The translations under genes and the position numbers were made by a program. From contig CAKOHK010000006.1 of the NCBI GenBank assembly GCA_934085595.1, forward strand, positions 12,883 through 76,882: a stretch of 64,000 nucleotides of DNA, read 5' to 3'. Below the pieces are notes generated by a model. That model did not search any database, was not told the DNA's origin, and saw only the letters and a program-made list of their open reading frames with translations. The stretch is from an uncultured Bacilli bacterium (GTDB lineage: Bacteria > Bacillota_I > Bacilli_A > RF39 > UBA660). Positions within the stretch are counted from its first letter, which is position 1; each line of letters opens with the position of its first letter. Positions 32,111 to 41,750 of this stretch are shown here, piece by piece.

Positions 32111-32770
32111 TTATATAATATATTTTTTATATCCCATATTTTTTAAATATTCATAAGCATAAATAACATCATTTGGAATAATACTCTTACTAAGAAAAAA
32201 TAATCTATAATGTTTTAACATAAATATTTCATGAGTTAATTCGTTAATCACTTCATCACTATCAATATTATTTTGCTTCTTAGTTTTACTAACATACTCT
32301 TTAAAATTAACATCATCACATGTAACAAAACATTTTACATTATATTTACTATATATAAGTTTACATCTCCTACATGCATAAGGCTTATGAACAGCAATAA
32401 TCTTATCATACTTTATATTAAGCTTTTTAAGTTTTTTAATAGACAATTTAACATTAAGGTTAGTACTAAAAGATTTACTTTCAGTTATAATATTGCTTTC
32501 ATCTATATCATTACTTATGGCTATTTTCTTAAAAATTTCTGCTTCACTATCACTTACTTTATTTATTGTTCCTTTTCCTTTATAACCAGTAAATAAAATA
32601 TATTTAGCATAATTATTCTTATAAAGATTACAGCAAAGTAGTGCTATCTCAGTATCAGCTGAACCATGTCCAATTATAACATCATTTTTAGTAATTTTAT
32701 CACATACTTTAAGATAATCATATAGTATTTCACTTGCCTTAAAAACATCACTATTCATATTAAAACTCAT
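32111..32770 (-). CDS. Hypothetical protein, possible DUF218/YdcF-like
   Basis: [21 protein letters not shown]...[11 protein letters not shown] weakly resembles the DUF218 fold. Low confidence. Confidence 0.3.
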   Translation of the reverse strand: MSFNMNSDVFKASEILYDYLKVCDKITKNDVIIGHGSADTEIALLCCNLYKNNYAKYILFTGYKGKGTINKVSDSEAEIFKKIAISNDIDESNIITESKSFSTNLNVKLSIKKLKKLNIKYDKIIAVHKPYACRRCKLIYSKYNVKCFVTCDDVNFKEYVSKTKKQNNIDSDEVINELTHEIFMLKHYRLFFLSKSIIPNDVIYAYEYLKNMGYKKYII

Positions 32771-32889
32771 TTCTACATAATAATATCATTTAACTTTTAT
32801 TGTGTCAAGCAAAAAAACAAACATATTTTTGCAAATTAAATCATTTACAAAACATAACAATTTTATTATAATAAAAATAGGAGAAACTT

Positions 32890-33414
32890 ATGATTATAAT
32901 GTTAGAAAACCCTATACAAACTTATAAAGCATTTAATAAAGTAGACGGAAAACTCATAAATAGATATAAAAGAGTATTTGAAATAGGAAAAGAATACTTT
33001 ATAGAAGGAGAAATAAGGTTTGGAAATAATGGAAACGGATTTCATTCATGTAAGAATCTAGAAGATACTTTAAGATATTTTGATTTTTTTAATGAAGAAT
33101 GTACAATATGTACATGTGAAATAAAAGGTGAAATATCAGTAAGAAATGATGAATATTATGGCTATTATGATCAATATTCTTCATCATATCTAAAACTATT
33201 AAAAGAATTATCAAGAGATGAAATAATATCTTATGCTAAGCAAATAAGACATAATGATATAGCATTAGAAAGATTTATAAGAGATTTTTATCTGACTCAA
33301 GAAGAAATAGATTATTTTAGAAATAAATATAAAAGAAATCCACATGTACTTTACACACTAGATTATTTTAAAGGAACAACAGAAGACTATCAAATGAAAT
33401 TAAAATCATATTAG
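32890..33414 (+). CDS. Hypothetical 174-aa protein
   Basis: ORF with RBS AGGAGAA. No domain recognised. Confidence 0.4.
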   Translation: MIIMLENPIQTYKAFNKVDGKLINRYKRVFEIGKEYFIEGEIRFGNNGNGFHSCKNLEDTLRYFDFFNEECTICTCEIKGEISVRNDEYYGYYDQYSSSYLKLLKELSRDEIISYAKQIRHNDIALERFIRDFYLTQEEIDYFRNKYKRNPHVLYTLDYFKGTTEDYQMKLKSY

Positions 33415-33584
33415 TAATTTTAAAGTTTAATTACAAAACAAACTGGTATAGCAATATACTTGTTTTATTTTGAAAATATCGGCCGAAATTACTTAACAAT
33501 GTCAAAATAATTTGGAAGAATATAGAGTCAATTAAGGGGTTATGTGTAACCTTTTAAAAATATTTATCAGGGGGTTTGATTTAA

Positions 33585-33838
33585 TGATCAAAAGAAAACT
33601 ATTAGCTGTTCTTTTATCATTTGGTTTAGCTTTTACAAATGTTCTATTTGTAAATGCGTCTGAAACTCAAAGATTAGTTGATACTAAAGTTGAAACTAAT
33701 AAAGATGTTTGCATAGATTTAACAAAAGAAGAAGCTGAAGCAAAAGGATATGTTTTAATTAATAAAACTGTCGAAGAAATTACTCACAGCGAAGAATATA
33801 CTTTAGCAGAAGTATATACAAGTGAAGAGGAAGCGTGA
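33585..33838 (+). CDS. Small secreted protein (signal peptide)
   Basis: MIKRKLLAVLLSFGLAFTNVLFVNA|SETQ signal peptide. Probably the upstream half of a gene split by a frameshift (see findings). Confidence 0.35.
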
Positions 33839-34047
33839 AAGGATACGATTTAAAATTCGAATCAGTGAAAATCATTGAAGGAAAAGTAGTAATTGATACT
33901 AATTTGGTAGTTAAATACGAAGTAACTGGACCTGATGTAGATCCAGATTTCTCAGTAACTGGAGTAGAATCAAATGATGTAGCAGGTTATACACTATTTA
34001 CTAGTATATTAATGTTACTAGCTATTATAATCAAAAAAAGATTCTAA
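33835..34047 (+). CDS. Small protein with C-terminal hydrophobic anchor + KKRF tail
   Basis: GTG start overlapping the previous stop. Ends ...GYTLFTSILMLLAIIIKKRF. A palindromic terminator ACACATGTGT + T-run is near 34058-34082. Confidence 0.3.
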   Translation: MKGYDLKFESVKIIEGKVVIDTNLVVKYEVTGPDVDPDFSVTGVESNDVAGYTLFTSILMLLAIIIKKRF

Positions 34048-34144
34048 TTAAAAACTAAAGGCACACATGTGTCTTTTTTGATGTCTAAATCTCTTTCAAT
34101 TTATTTAATACTAATGTATAATTTAATAGGTTAGGAGAAGTAAA

Positions 34145-36226
34145 ATGATTTTAAATAAAGAACAACAATTAGCTGTTAATCACACAGAAGGACCATGTTT
34201 AGTTCTCGCAGGAGCAGGAAGTGGTAAAACAAGAGTATTAACACAAAGAATAATAAAATTAATAGAAGATGGTATAAGACCACAAAATATACTAGCAATA
34301 ACATTTACAAACAAAGCAGCAAAAGAAATGAAACAAAGAGTTGAAGAAAAAATAGGTATTCTAGCAAATGATATTTTTATCGGAACATTTCACTCTTTTG
34401 GACTTAAAATAGTAAGAGAAAACTATAGCGAACTTGGATATACAAAGAATATTAATATACTTGATACAGATGATGCTAAAACTCTTATAAAAAGAATATT
34501 AAAAGATAATGGCTACATGGTAGAAAATTATGATATAAAGCATATATTATCAAGAATAAGTAGTGCTAAAAATGATGGTATATCACCAGTAGAGTTTTCA
34601 AAACTCTTTCTAAATGAAGAAGATAAAGTAACAGGTGTAGTTTACATGGACTATACAAGACTTTTACACACTAATAATTCAGTTGACTTTGATGATTTAC
34701 TTATAAAACCAGTAGAATTATTTAAAACACATAAAGATATACTAGAAAAATACCAAGAACACTTTAAATATATATTAGTAGATGAATATCAAGATACAAA
34801 CACCATTCAATATGATTTATGTAAACTATTAGCAAGTAAATATAAAAACATATTTATAGTAGGAGATGTAAACCAATCAATATATGCATGGAGAAATGCA
34901 GATTATAAAAACATATTAAAGTTTAAAAATGATTATAAAGACTGTAAAGTGATAAAACTAGAAGAAAATTATAGAAGTACAAATAACATATTAAAAGCAG
35001 CTAACTCTGTTATACATAATAATAAAAATAATGAACACTTAAAACTATGGTCAAGTTTTGAAGATGGAGAAAAAATAGATTATATTAGATGTAACGATGA
35101 AAAAGAAGAAGCATCATTTATAACTAGAAAAATAAAATCATTAGTAAACACTGGATATAAATATGAAGACTTTGCAGTTTTATATAGAACTAATGCTCAA
35201 AGTAGAGTTATTGAAGAAGCGTTTATAAATAGTAATATTCCATATAATATTATAGGTAGTTATTTTTTCTATAATAGAAAAGAAATAAAAGATTTAATCG
35301 CATACTTAAATATAATATATAATCAAAATGATAGTATTAGTTTAGAAAGAGTAATTAATGTACCTAAAAGAGGAATAGGTAATAAAAGTATAGAAGAATT
35401 AAGAAGAAAAGCTAAAGAAAATAATACTACTATGTTTGACGCTATTGATAGTGGTAAAGAACTAGCGTGGAAAAAAATAATTCTTGAATTAATAGAAGAT
35501 TCTAAAAATATGGGAATAAAAGACTTAGTAGAAAGTGTCTTAAATAAAACAGGATTATTAAAAGAATATGAAGATAATCCATCATTAGAAAATGATATTA
35601 AGAAAGAAAACTTAGAAGAGTTTGTAAGTTTAGCTGTTAATTTTGAAGAAAATAATATTTATGATTTAGAAACATTTCTTCAAAATGTAATGCTTGTAAG
35701 TGATAAAGGTCAATATAATGATAGTAATGATAGAGTTAATATAATGACACTACACTCAGCAAAAGGTCTTGAGTTTAAAGTAGTATTTCTAGTAGGTATG
35801 GAAGAAGGCTTATTCCCTCATTCAAGAAGTTTCTATGAACCAGAAGAATTAGAAGAAGAAAGAAGACTATGTTATGTTGGAATAACAAGAGCAAAGAAAA
35901 AACTTTACTTAATTAACACTAAAAAAAGAACAATCTATGGTAAAACTAATATGAGTATTCCAAGTAGATTTATAAAAGAAATAGATGAAGAATTATTAAA
36001 TCAAGAAGAAGAAATATCTAATACAAAACCACATACAATTATATACAATACAAAAGAAATGTATAATGAAACATCATCACTAAAAGCAGGTGATAAAGTA
36101 AAACATACTATATATGGAAATGGAGTAGTAATATCAGTAAAAGATAATCTAGCATCTATTGCTTTCTCACATGGTATAGGATTAAAAACAATCGCAGCAA
36201 ATCATAAAAGTATAACAAAGATTTAA
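34145..36226 (+). CDS. pcrA: ATP-dependent DNA helicase PcrA/UvrD
   Basis: LVLAGAGSGKTRVLTQRI Walker A; UvrD-family helicase motifs throughout (VDEYQDTN, YRSTNNIL, TLHSAKGLEF, GITRAK). Confidence 0.85.
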   Translation: MILNKEQQLAVNHTEGPCLVLAGAGSGKTRVLTQRIIKLIEDGIRPQNILAITFTNKAAKEMKQRVEEKIGILANDIFIGTFHSFGLKIVRENYSELGYTKNINILDTDDAKTLIKRILKDNGYMVENYDIKHILSRISSAKNDGISPVEFSKLFLNEEDKVTGVVYMDYTRLLHTNNSVDFDDLLIKPVELFKTHKDILEKYQEHFKYILVDEYQDTNTIQYDLCKLLASKYKNIFIVGDVNQSIYAWRNADYKNILKFKNDYKDCKVIKLEENYRSTNNILKAANSVIHNNKNNEHLKLWSSFEDGEKIDYIRCNDEKEEASFITRKIKSLVNTGYKYEDFAVLYRTNAQSRVIEEAFINSNIPYNIIGSYFFYNRKEIKDLIAYLNIIYNQNDSISLERVINVPKRGIGNKSIEELRRKAKENNTTMFDAIDSGKELAWKKIILELIEDSKNMGIKDLVESVLNKTGLLKEYEDNPSLENDIKKENLEEFVSLAVNFEENNIYDLETFLQNVMLVSDKGQYNDSNDRVNIMTLHSAKGLEFKVVFLVGMEEGLFPHSRSFYEPEELEEERRLCYVGITRAKKKLYLINTKKRTIYGKTNMSIPSRFIKEIDEELLNQEEEISNTKPHTIIYNTKEMYNETSSLKAGDKVKHTIYGNGVVISVKDNLASIAFSHGIGLKTIAANHKSITKI

Positions 36227-36284
36227 TATCTTGAAAAAATAATATAAAAATGATATAATATGCCTAATTCATGAGGGGGATAAT

Positions 36285-37412
36285 ATGAAAGAAACACTTA
36301 CAGGTTTATTCATTCAAAGAAGATTTGAAGATTATGTTAAAGAATTAGAAGAATATTTATATGAAGGTTGTGCAGTAGATGCAGATATAATACTTGAATA
36401 TGCAAAAGTATTAACATATTTAAGTAAGTTTGATGAATCATACAAAATATTAAAAAATATGGAACCACTAGCAAACAAATATAAATTAACATCAAGGATC
36501 GCATGGGGTTACTATATAAATAATAAACCAAAAGATACTATCAGAATGTTAAAACAAATGAAGTTTTTAAATGATACAAATGCATATTTATTAGCTAAAG
36601 CATATATGCTAGATGGTAACTATTTAGAAGCAAAATGCACACTAAATAATATATTATATGATTTTCCACATACTACCATAAGATATAAAGTAGAAGATAT
36701 GTTAACAATATTATCAAATCACACTAAATATCACATGCCTTTAGAAATGGCATATGATAGTTTTAAAGACAAAGGTCTTAAACTAGAAAAAGGACACGTT
36801 GTTTATTTAAAAAAGAATGTGTTTCCAAATAAAAAATATATGGGTAAAGGTTATCATAGAAGACCATTCTTAATATATAAAATAGAAGGCGATAAACTAT
36901 ACTTATTTCCATTAACAAAGAATCCTATAAATAAAACATTTGTATTAAAAGAACATAAATATCCATACATAGGATTTGATAGGTACATAGTACCAGATAT
37001 TTATATAACTACTTTATCAAATGTATTAAGTGTAAAAGATAAAATATATGACTCTGACTATGAAAATGCTCTTAAATATCTAGCATGTAAGATATATAAT
37101 GTTAGAAATAAAGAAGATGAAACAGTAAAAGATTTCTATAGTGATGTTTATGGAAAGCCAAAATTATTTGATGTAATAGTTGACTATACTCCTGAAACTA
37201 AAGAAAGAAGATTTTACTTTGTAATTGGGTTCACTTTAGATGGATATAAAGTAGTAGAAATAGATTTTAAAACAAAAGAAGCTATATCAAGTATAATGAC
37301 ATATCCTGATAATAGATTTATTTATAGTATTAAAAAATTAGAAGATGAAGAAAGAAGTATTACAATAAATAGTATAAACTTTGATGAAACTTCTTTAAAA
37401 TTATTAAAATAA
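36285..37412 (+). CDS. Hypothetical protein with TPR-like N-terminus and a central MazF/PemK-like segment
   Basis: KGHVVYLKKNVF...GKGYHRRPFLIYKIEGDKLYLFPLTKNP resembles PemK/MazF (RGDIylvdf...GkrRPalVvS...vvPiTs). Speculative. A bidirectional terminator aaaggtttgc/gcaaaccttt is near 37413-37440. Confidence 0.4.
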   Translation: MKETLTGLFIQRRFEDYVKELEEYLYEGCAVDADIILEYAKVLTYLSKFDESYKILKNMEPLANKYKLTSRIAWGYYINNKPKDTIRMLKQMKFLNDTNAYLLAKAYMLDGNYLEAKCTLNNILYDFPHTTIRYKVEDMLTILSNHTKYHMPLEMAYDSFKDKGLKLEKGHVVYLKKNVFPNKKYMGKGYHRRPFLIYKIEGDKLYLFPLTKNPINKTFVLKEHKYPYIGFDRYIVPDIYITTLSNVLSVKDKIYDSDYENALKYLACKIYNVRNKEDETVKDFYSDVYGKPKLFDVIVDYTPETKERRFYFVIGFTLDGYKVVEIDFKTKEAISSIMTYPDNRFIYSIKKLEDEERSITINSINFDETSLKLLK

Positions 37413-37436
37413 AAAGGTTTGCTTAATGCAAACCTT

Positions 37437-38009
37437 TTATGATACAATCTCATTTCCATCAAACTTAACATCTAAGAACTTTTGAGCAGATAAATAATCA
37501 CACATATGAACAAATCTCTGATATTTACTAACAGGTTTTTTAAGAACTTCATTCCCTTTATAATCTGTAGTCCATTGTCCCATATGAGTTTCTACACATG
37601 AACAAATAAACTCTATTTCTTCATCTTCAAGAGTAAGTTTATCCATATTATCTTTAATAAAATTACTAATTAATATAGGATGATCAAATCTAGTATATTC
37701 TTCCTTAGGATTACCACATTTAAGACCATCATGTATTAATATTGATATAAGTAATAAATCTTTTTCATGACTATTAAAGTTTTGAACTGAATCATTATTT
37801 AATAATGTATATCCAATTCTAGTAGCAACCTTACTATGTCTAACAAGACCACCTTCACCAAGAGAAAAACTAGGATGATATTTTCCAGTGCTACTAGCAG
37901 GAACTTCATAAAAATAATCTGGTAACATATTTAATATAATAACAAGATTATCTCTAAGTCTTTTATCTTTTATATAATTAATTTCTGTATTAAAAACATC
38001 ACTTTTCAT
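37437..38009 (-). CDS. HD-domain phosphohydrolase
   Basis: H...HD..K pattern (HSKVATRIGYTLL ... LISILIHDGLKCG). The start at MKSDV has RBS TAGGAG; the track start is 45 nt upstream. Confidence 0.5.
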   Translation of the reverse strand: MKSDVFNTEINYIKDKRLRDNLVIILNMLPDYFYEVPASSTGKYHPSFSLGEGGLVRHSKVATRIGYTLLNNDSVQNFNSHEKDLLLISILIHDGLKCGNPKEEYTRFDHPILISNFIKDNMDKLTLEDEEIEFICSCVETHMGQWTTDYKGNEVLKKPVSKYQRFVHMCDYLSAQKFLDVKFDGNEIVS

Positions 38010-38151
38010 ATTAACTCCTATAAAAATATTATATAATAAAACTAAATAAAACAAAACAAAAAAATCATGTCAAAATAAGTCGAATAATAAAAAATAAATT
38101 GAATAAATAAATAGTGTATGTTAAAATTATATTGTAAGTAGGAGCGGGTAT

Positions 38152-38679
38152 ATGAAAAAAATATTAAAAAATGATAAAAAAATAACAAGTAGAAATTACT
38201 ATATGGTTTTAATAGTGTCAATTATAGTAATAGTATTAACATTATATATAAGATCATTTATTATAAATTATCAAAACAATGTTAATAATACTAGCGTATT
38301 TGAAAAGAATAATATTAAATCTATAACAATAAATGATTTAGATTACATAATCCCAGAAACTGATGAAGCAATTATTTATGTAAGTTACACTGGAGATAAA
38401 AAAGTAACGGCTATGGAAAGTAAACTTTACAAAGAAATTAAAAAGAAAAAATTAGAAGAAAAGATAATATATTTAAATATAACAGATAATTTAGAAGGAA
38501 ATGAATACAGCGTATTATTAAAAGAAAAATTAAAAGATGTTAAAGAAAAAATAAACACACCACCAATGCTTATATATATTAAAGATGGTAAATGTATAGA
38601 TGCGATGAGTAGCGAATTAAAACAAATAGATTATAAAGTATTCGATAAACTAGTAGAAGAGTACAATATAACGGATTAA
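38152..38679 (+). CDS. Membrane-anchored hypothetical protein
   Basis: N-terminal TM helix. A terminator (aatatgtt...aacatatt + T-run) is near 38683-38712. Confidence 0.4.
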   Translation: MKKILKNDKKITSRNYYMVLIVSIIVIVLTLYIRSFIINYQNNVNNTSVFEKNNIKSITINDLDYIIPETDEAIIYVSYTGDKKVTAMESKLYKEIKKKKLEEKIIYLNITDNLEGNEYSVLLKEKLKDVKEKINTPPMLIYIKDGKCIDAMSSELKQIDYKVFDKLVEEYNITD

Positions 38680-38747
38680 ATATGTTCAAAACATATTTTT
38701 TTTTATTAGAAAATATGCTATTATATTTTTAGGGTAGAAGAGGTTAT

Positions 38748-40367
38748 ATGAAAGGATATATAGTAATTAATTATATAAAAGATTCTTTATGTTATAACTT
38801 TAGAAAAATAACAAAAGAAGAAAAAAAATATGTAAATAGTAATTCTTTATATAAAGATAGTCTTTTTTATAGCTTAAATTACCTAAAAAAGAATATTAAT
38901 AAAATCTCTTCAACCATAAAAAATAACTTTAATGAAATAAATTATTTTATAGTAAGAACTACAGTAACATTTAAATATGTTAAAATGTTAATGGAAAAAC
39001 TATCATGTAATAAATTAAGGCTATTATTTGAATACTCTATATCAATAGAAGATTATAATTTATTATCAAGTATTAAAGATTTAAAAGAAATAGATGTATA
39101 CTTTATGCCTACATTTATTATAAATAGATTTGAATCATTAAATATAAAAGTAATAACACACTATACAAATAAAATATCATCAAAGTTTATGTTAGAACAA
39201 GATTCAATAGATTATGATACTTTATATTATAGAAAAAAATTATATATAACAGATGACTATGAAGAATTAGAAGAAGATATAAAAGAGTTCTTTAAAATAA
39301 ATTATTATTTAAAATCAATAGATTTATATTGTTTCGAAAAATCTATTATAGAAAAATTAGTTAAATTAATAACAGAAGATAACACTAAAAATATAGTTAT
39401 TTTAATGCATCAATATAGTGATAAAGGTAACTTTATAAAAACAAACTTTAAATATTTAAAAGATATTAATAAAAAGTGCAAAGAAAACTCTTTATGTGAG
39501 TTTAGAGTAGTATATTCAGAAGACTATTTAAGAAATAATTTATTTAAACAACTATCATATAATAATTTAAAATTAATGATGATAATGATTATATATCTAT
39601 GTGCTAGTACATTTATAATATCTTCTTCATTTAATGCAGTTAATTCACTAAATGCAGATAAATTAAAACATGAAATAATAGAAAATGAAAACAATGATAC
39701 AAAAACCGAGCCATCAGAAGATAATAAAAATGAATTAACAGATAATGATATAGTACTTGATAATAAAGAAGAAGAACAAGTAAAAAGATCTAAATATGAT
39801 TTAGAAAATATAATGGATAATCTTTTAAAAATAAATAATGAAACTGTAGGATACTTAGTAGTAAAAAATACTAATATATCTTATCCAGTAGTTAAACACA
39901 CAGATAATAGTTATTATTTAAAAAGAGACTTCTATAAGAAAAAAACAAGTATGGGATGGGTATTCTTAGACTATAGAAATAGTAAAGATAAGTTTGATGA
40001 TAATAATGTAATATATGCTCATAGTATGAAAAATGGTACGATGTTTGGTACACTTAAAAAAGTAATAGAAAGTAGTTATAGAAGTAATAGTGAAAATATG
40101 ATTATTTCATATGATACATTATTTGGAAAATATAAGTTTAAAATATTCTCAGTATATAAAGTAGATTATACAACAGATTATTTAAAAACTAACTTTGATA
40201 GTGAAAAAGACTTTAATGAATTTGTAAAATTAATTAAATCTCGTAGTGTATTTAAATCAAAAGATAAAGTAAAATATGGAGATAAAATATTAACGCTATC
40301 AACATGTACAGGAAATAACAATAGAAGACTAGTAGTACATGCAGTACTTATAAAGGAGGAAAAGTGA
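38748..40367 (+). CDS. srtB: Class B sortase with ~330-aa N-terminal cytoplasmic extension and one TM helix
   Basis: The C-terminal ~210 aa carry class B sortase motifs: NNETVGYLVVKNTNISYPVVKHTDNSYYLKRDF, MGWVFLDYRNS, NNVIYAHSMKNGTMFGTL (catalytic His), ILTLSTCTGNNNRRLVVHAVL (TLxTC catalytic Cys plus Arg). These are preceded by a TM helix (LKLMMIMIIYLCASTFIISSSF) and a 280-aa N-terminal domain of unknown function. Confidence 0.75.
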   Translation: MKGYIVINYIKDSLCYNFRKITKEEKKYVNSNSLYKDSLFYSLNYLKKNINKISSTIKNNFNEINYFIVRTTVTFKYVKMLMEKLSCNKLRLLFEYSISIEDYNLLSSIKDLKEIDVYFMPTFIINRFESLNIKVITHYTNKISSKFMLEQDSIDYDTLYYRKKLYITDDYEELEEDIKEFFKINYYLKSIDLYCFEKSIIEKLVKLITEDNTKNIVILMHQYSDKGNFIKTNFKYLKDINKKCKENSLCEFRVVYSEDYLRNNLFKQLSYNNLKLMMIMIIYLCASTFIISSSFNAVNSLNADKLKHEIIENENNDTKTEPSEDNKNELTDNDIVLDNKEEEQVKRSKYDLENIMDNLLKINNETVGYLVVKNTNISYPVVKHTDNSYYLKRDFYKKKTSMGWVFLDYRNSKDKFDDNNVIYAHSMKNGTMFGTLKKVIESSYRSNSENMIISYDTLFGKYKFKIFSVYKVDYTTDYLKTNFDSEKDFNEFVKLIKSRSVFKSKDKVKYGDKILTLSTCTGNNNRRLVVHAVLIKEEK

Positions 40368-41002
40368 AAAAGATATTAATTGCAATATTAACAGTTATAT
40401 TATTTATACCTTATCTAAAAGCAGATTGTGACTATCAAAGTGAAGTTAGATTAGGAAAACTAGCAAGTTCAATAACATATGAATATAAATATGATAAAAC
40501 ACATAATAATTTCACATTAACTCTTTATAATGTAAGTGATGAATTATATATAACATACAATCAAAGAATAATAGCACCTACTGATGGTAAAGTTACAATA
40601 AATAATTTAAATCAAGGAACGTATTTATCTTTACCAGTAGAAGCATTAAAAGGAAGCTGTAATGGTTCATTAATGACTTTATATATAATACTTCCATACT
40701 TTAATAAATACTATAATTCAGTAGAATGTAAAGATTATGTTGATAAATTAAAAATATGTACAGATGAATTCTTATCATATGAACCAAATGAAGAATTATT
40801 AACATCAAATATAAATAATTATTTAAATGGAATTAAAAATAATGAAATAAAAGATGATACAAATCAAACAATAACTATAGTAGATAAAGCAAAAAACTTC
40901 GCAAGTAAATGGGGTATAAAAATAGGCTTATCACTAATAACAACAATATCATGTATAGTTTATTTTCAAGTAAAAATAAGAAAATTAAAACATGGACTAT
41001 AA
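40364..41002 (+). CDS. Secreted protein with C-terminal TM anchor, sortase-operon associated
   Basis: Signal peptide MKKILIAILTVILFIPYLKA|DCD. C-terminal hydrophobic segment + KIRKLKHGL. Same architecture and size as the 222-aa cassette protein. Confidence 0.5.
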   Translation: MKKILIAILTVILFIPYLKADCDYQSEVRLGKLASSITYEYKYDKTHNNFTLTLYNVSDELYITYNQRIIAPTDGKVTINNLNQGTYLSLPVEALKGSCNGSLMTLYIILPYFNKYYNSVECKDYVDKLKICTDEFLSYEPNEELLTSNINNYLNGIKNNEIKDDTNQTITIVDKAKNFASKWGIKIGLSLITTISCIVYFQVKIRKLKHGL

Positions 41003-41087
41003 TAGATTTACTTTATAGACAATATTACAATTTTCTTTTTAATATTAATAGTTAAATAAAGTTAATATCTATAATAAAGGAGTGTAT

Positions 41088-41750
41088 ATGAAGAAAATAA
41101 ATAAAATAATGCTCATAATATTAGGAATGTTAATAACTGTTAATGTAAAGGCAGTATGTCAAGATAATAAAATAAATGATTGGGCAGAAAGTTTAGAAAT
41201 AAAGTTTCAAGAAGTAAAAAATGAAGAATATCCATATTCATATTTATTAATGTTAAATAATCCAAGAGAAGATTTAAAAGTAATCGCAAAAGATACATAT
41301 AGTAATGGAGAATATAATGTAGAATATGATACAGACTTTAAAAACTATGTTATTGGAAGCGAAATACATTTTATAAAAAAAGAATATGAATTAAATATAT
41401 ATATGTCAGATAATGCATCTACTTGTGCAAAAGAATTAGTAAAAACTATTAAATATGCAGTACCAAAATATAATGAATATAATGATACATTATATTGTGA
41501 AGCTAATCCAGATGATAAAGAATGTGGAGCATACACAGATACAACAAAGAATGATAAAATGGATGATAAAGTAAAAGACTATTATGATAAACAAATAGAA
41601 AAAGAAGAAATAAGAAATCTACCTACAGGACAAAAAGTATTAAGATATATATTAGAATATGCTCCATATGTACTAGTACCACTAGTTATCCTAGTAACAG
41701 TATATCTAATAGTAATAAAAGTTATAAAGAAAAGAAGTGATGAAGAATGA
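41088..41750 (+). CDS. Small secreted protein with LPxTG-like C-terminal sorting signal (NLPTGQ + TM + KKRSDEE), cassette copy 1
   Basis: Signal peptide ...TVNVKA|VCQD. The C-terminus is RNLPTGQKVLRYILEYAPYVLVPLVILVTVYLIVIKVIKKRSDEE. The ATG 41088 start has RBS AAAGGAG; the track uses GTG 41082. Confidence 0.55.
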   Translation: MKKINKIMLIILGMLITVNVKAVCQDNKINDWAESLEIKFQEVKNEEYPYSYLLMLNNPREDLKVIAKDTYSNGEYNVEYDTDFKNYVIGSEIHFIKKEYELNIYMSDNASTCAKELVKTIKYAVPKYNEYNDTLYCEANPDDKECGAYTDTTKNDKMDDKVKDYYDKQIEKEEIRNLPTGQKVLRYILEYAPYVLVPLVILVTVYLIVIKVIKKRSDEE

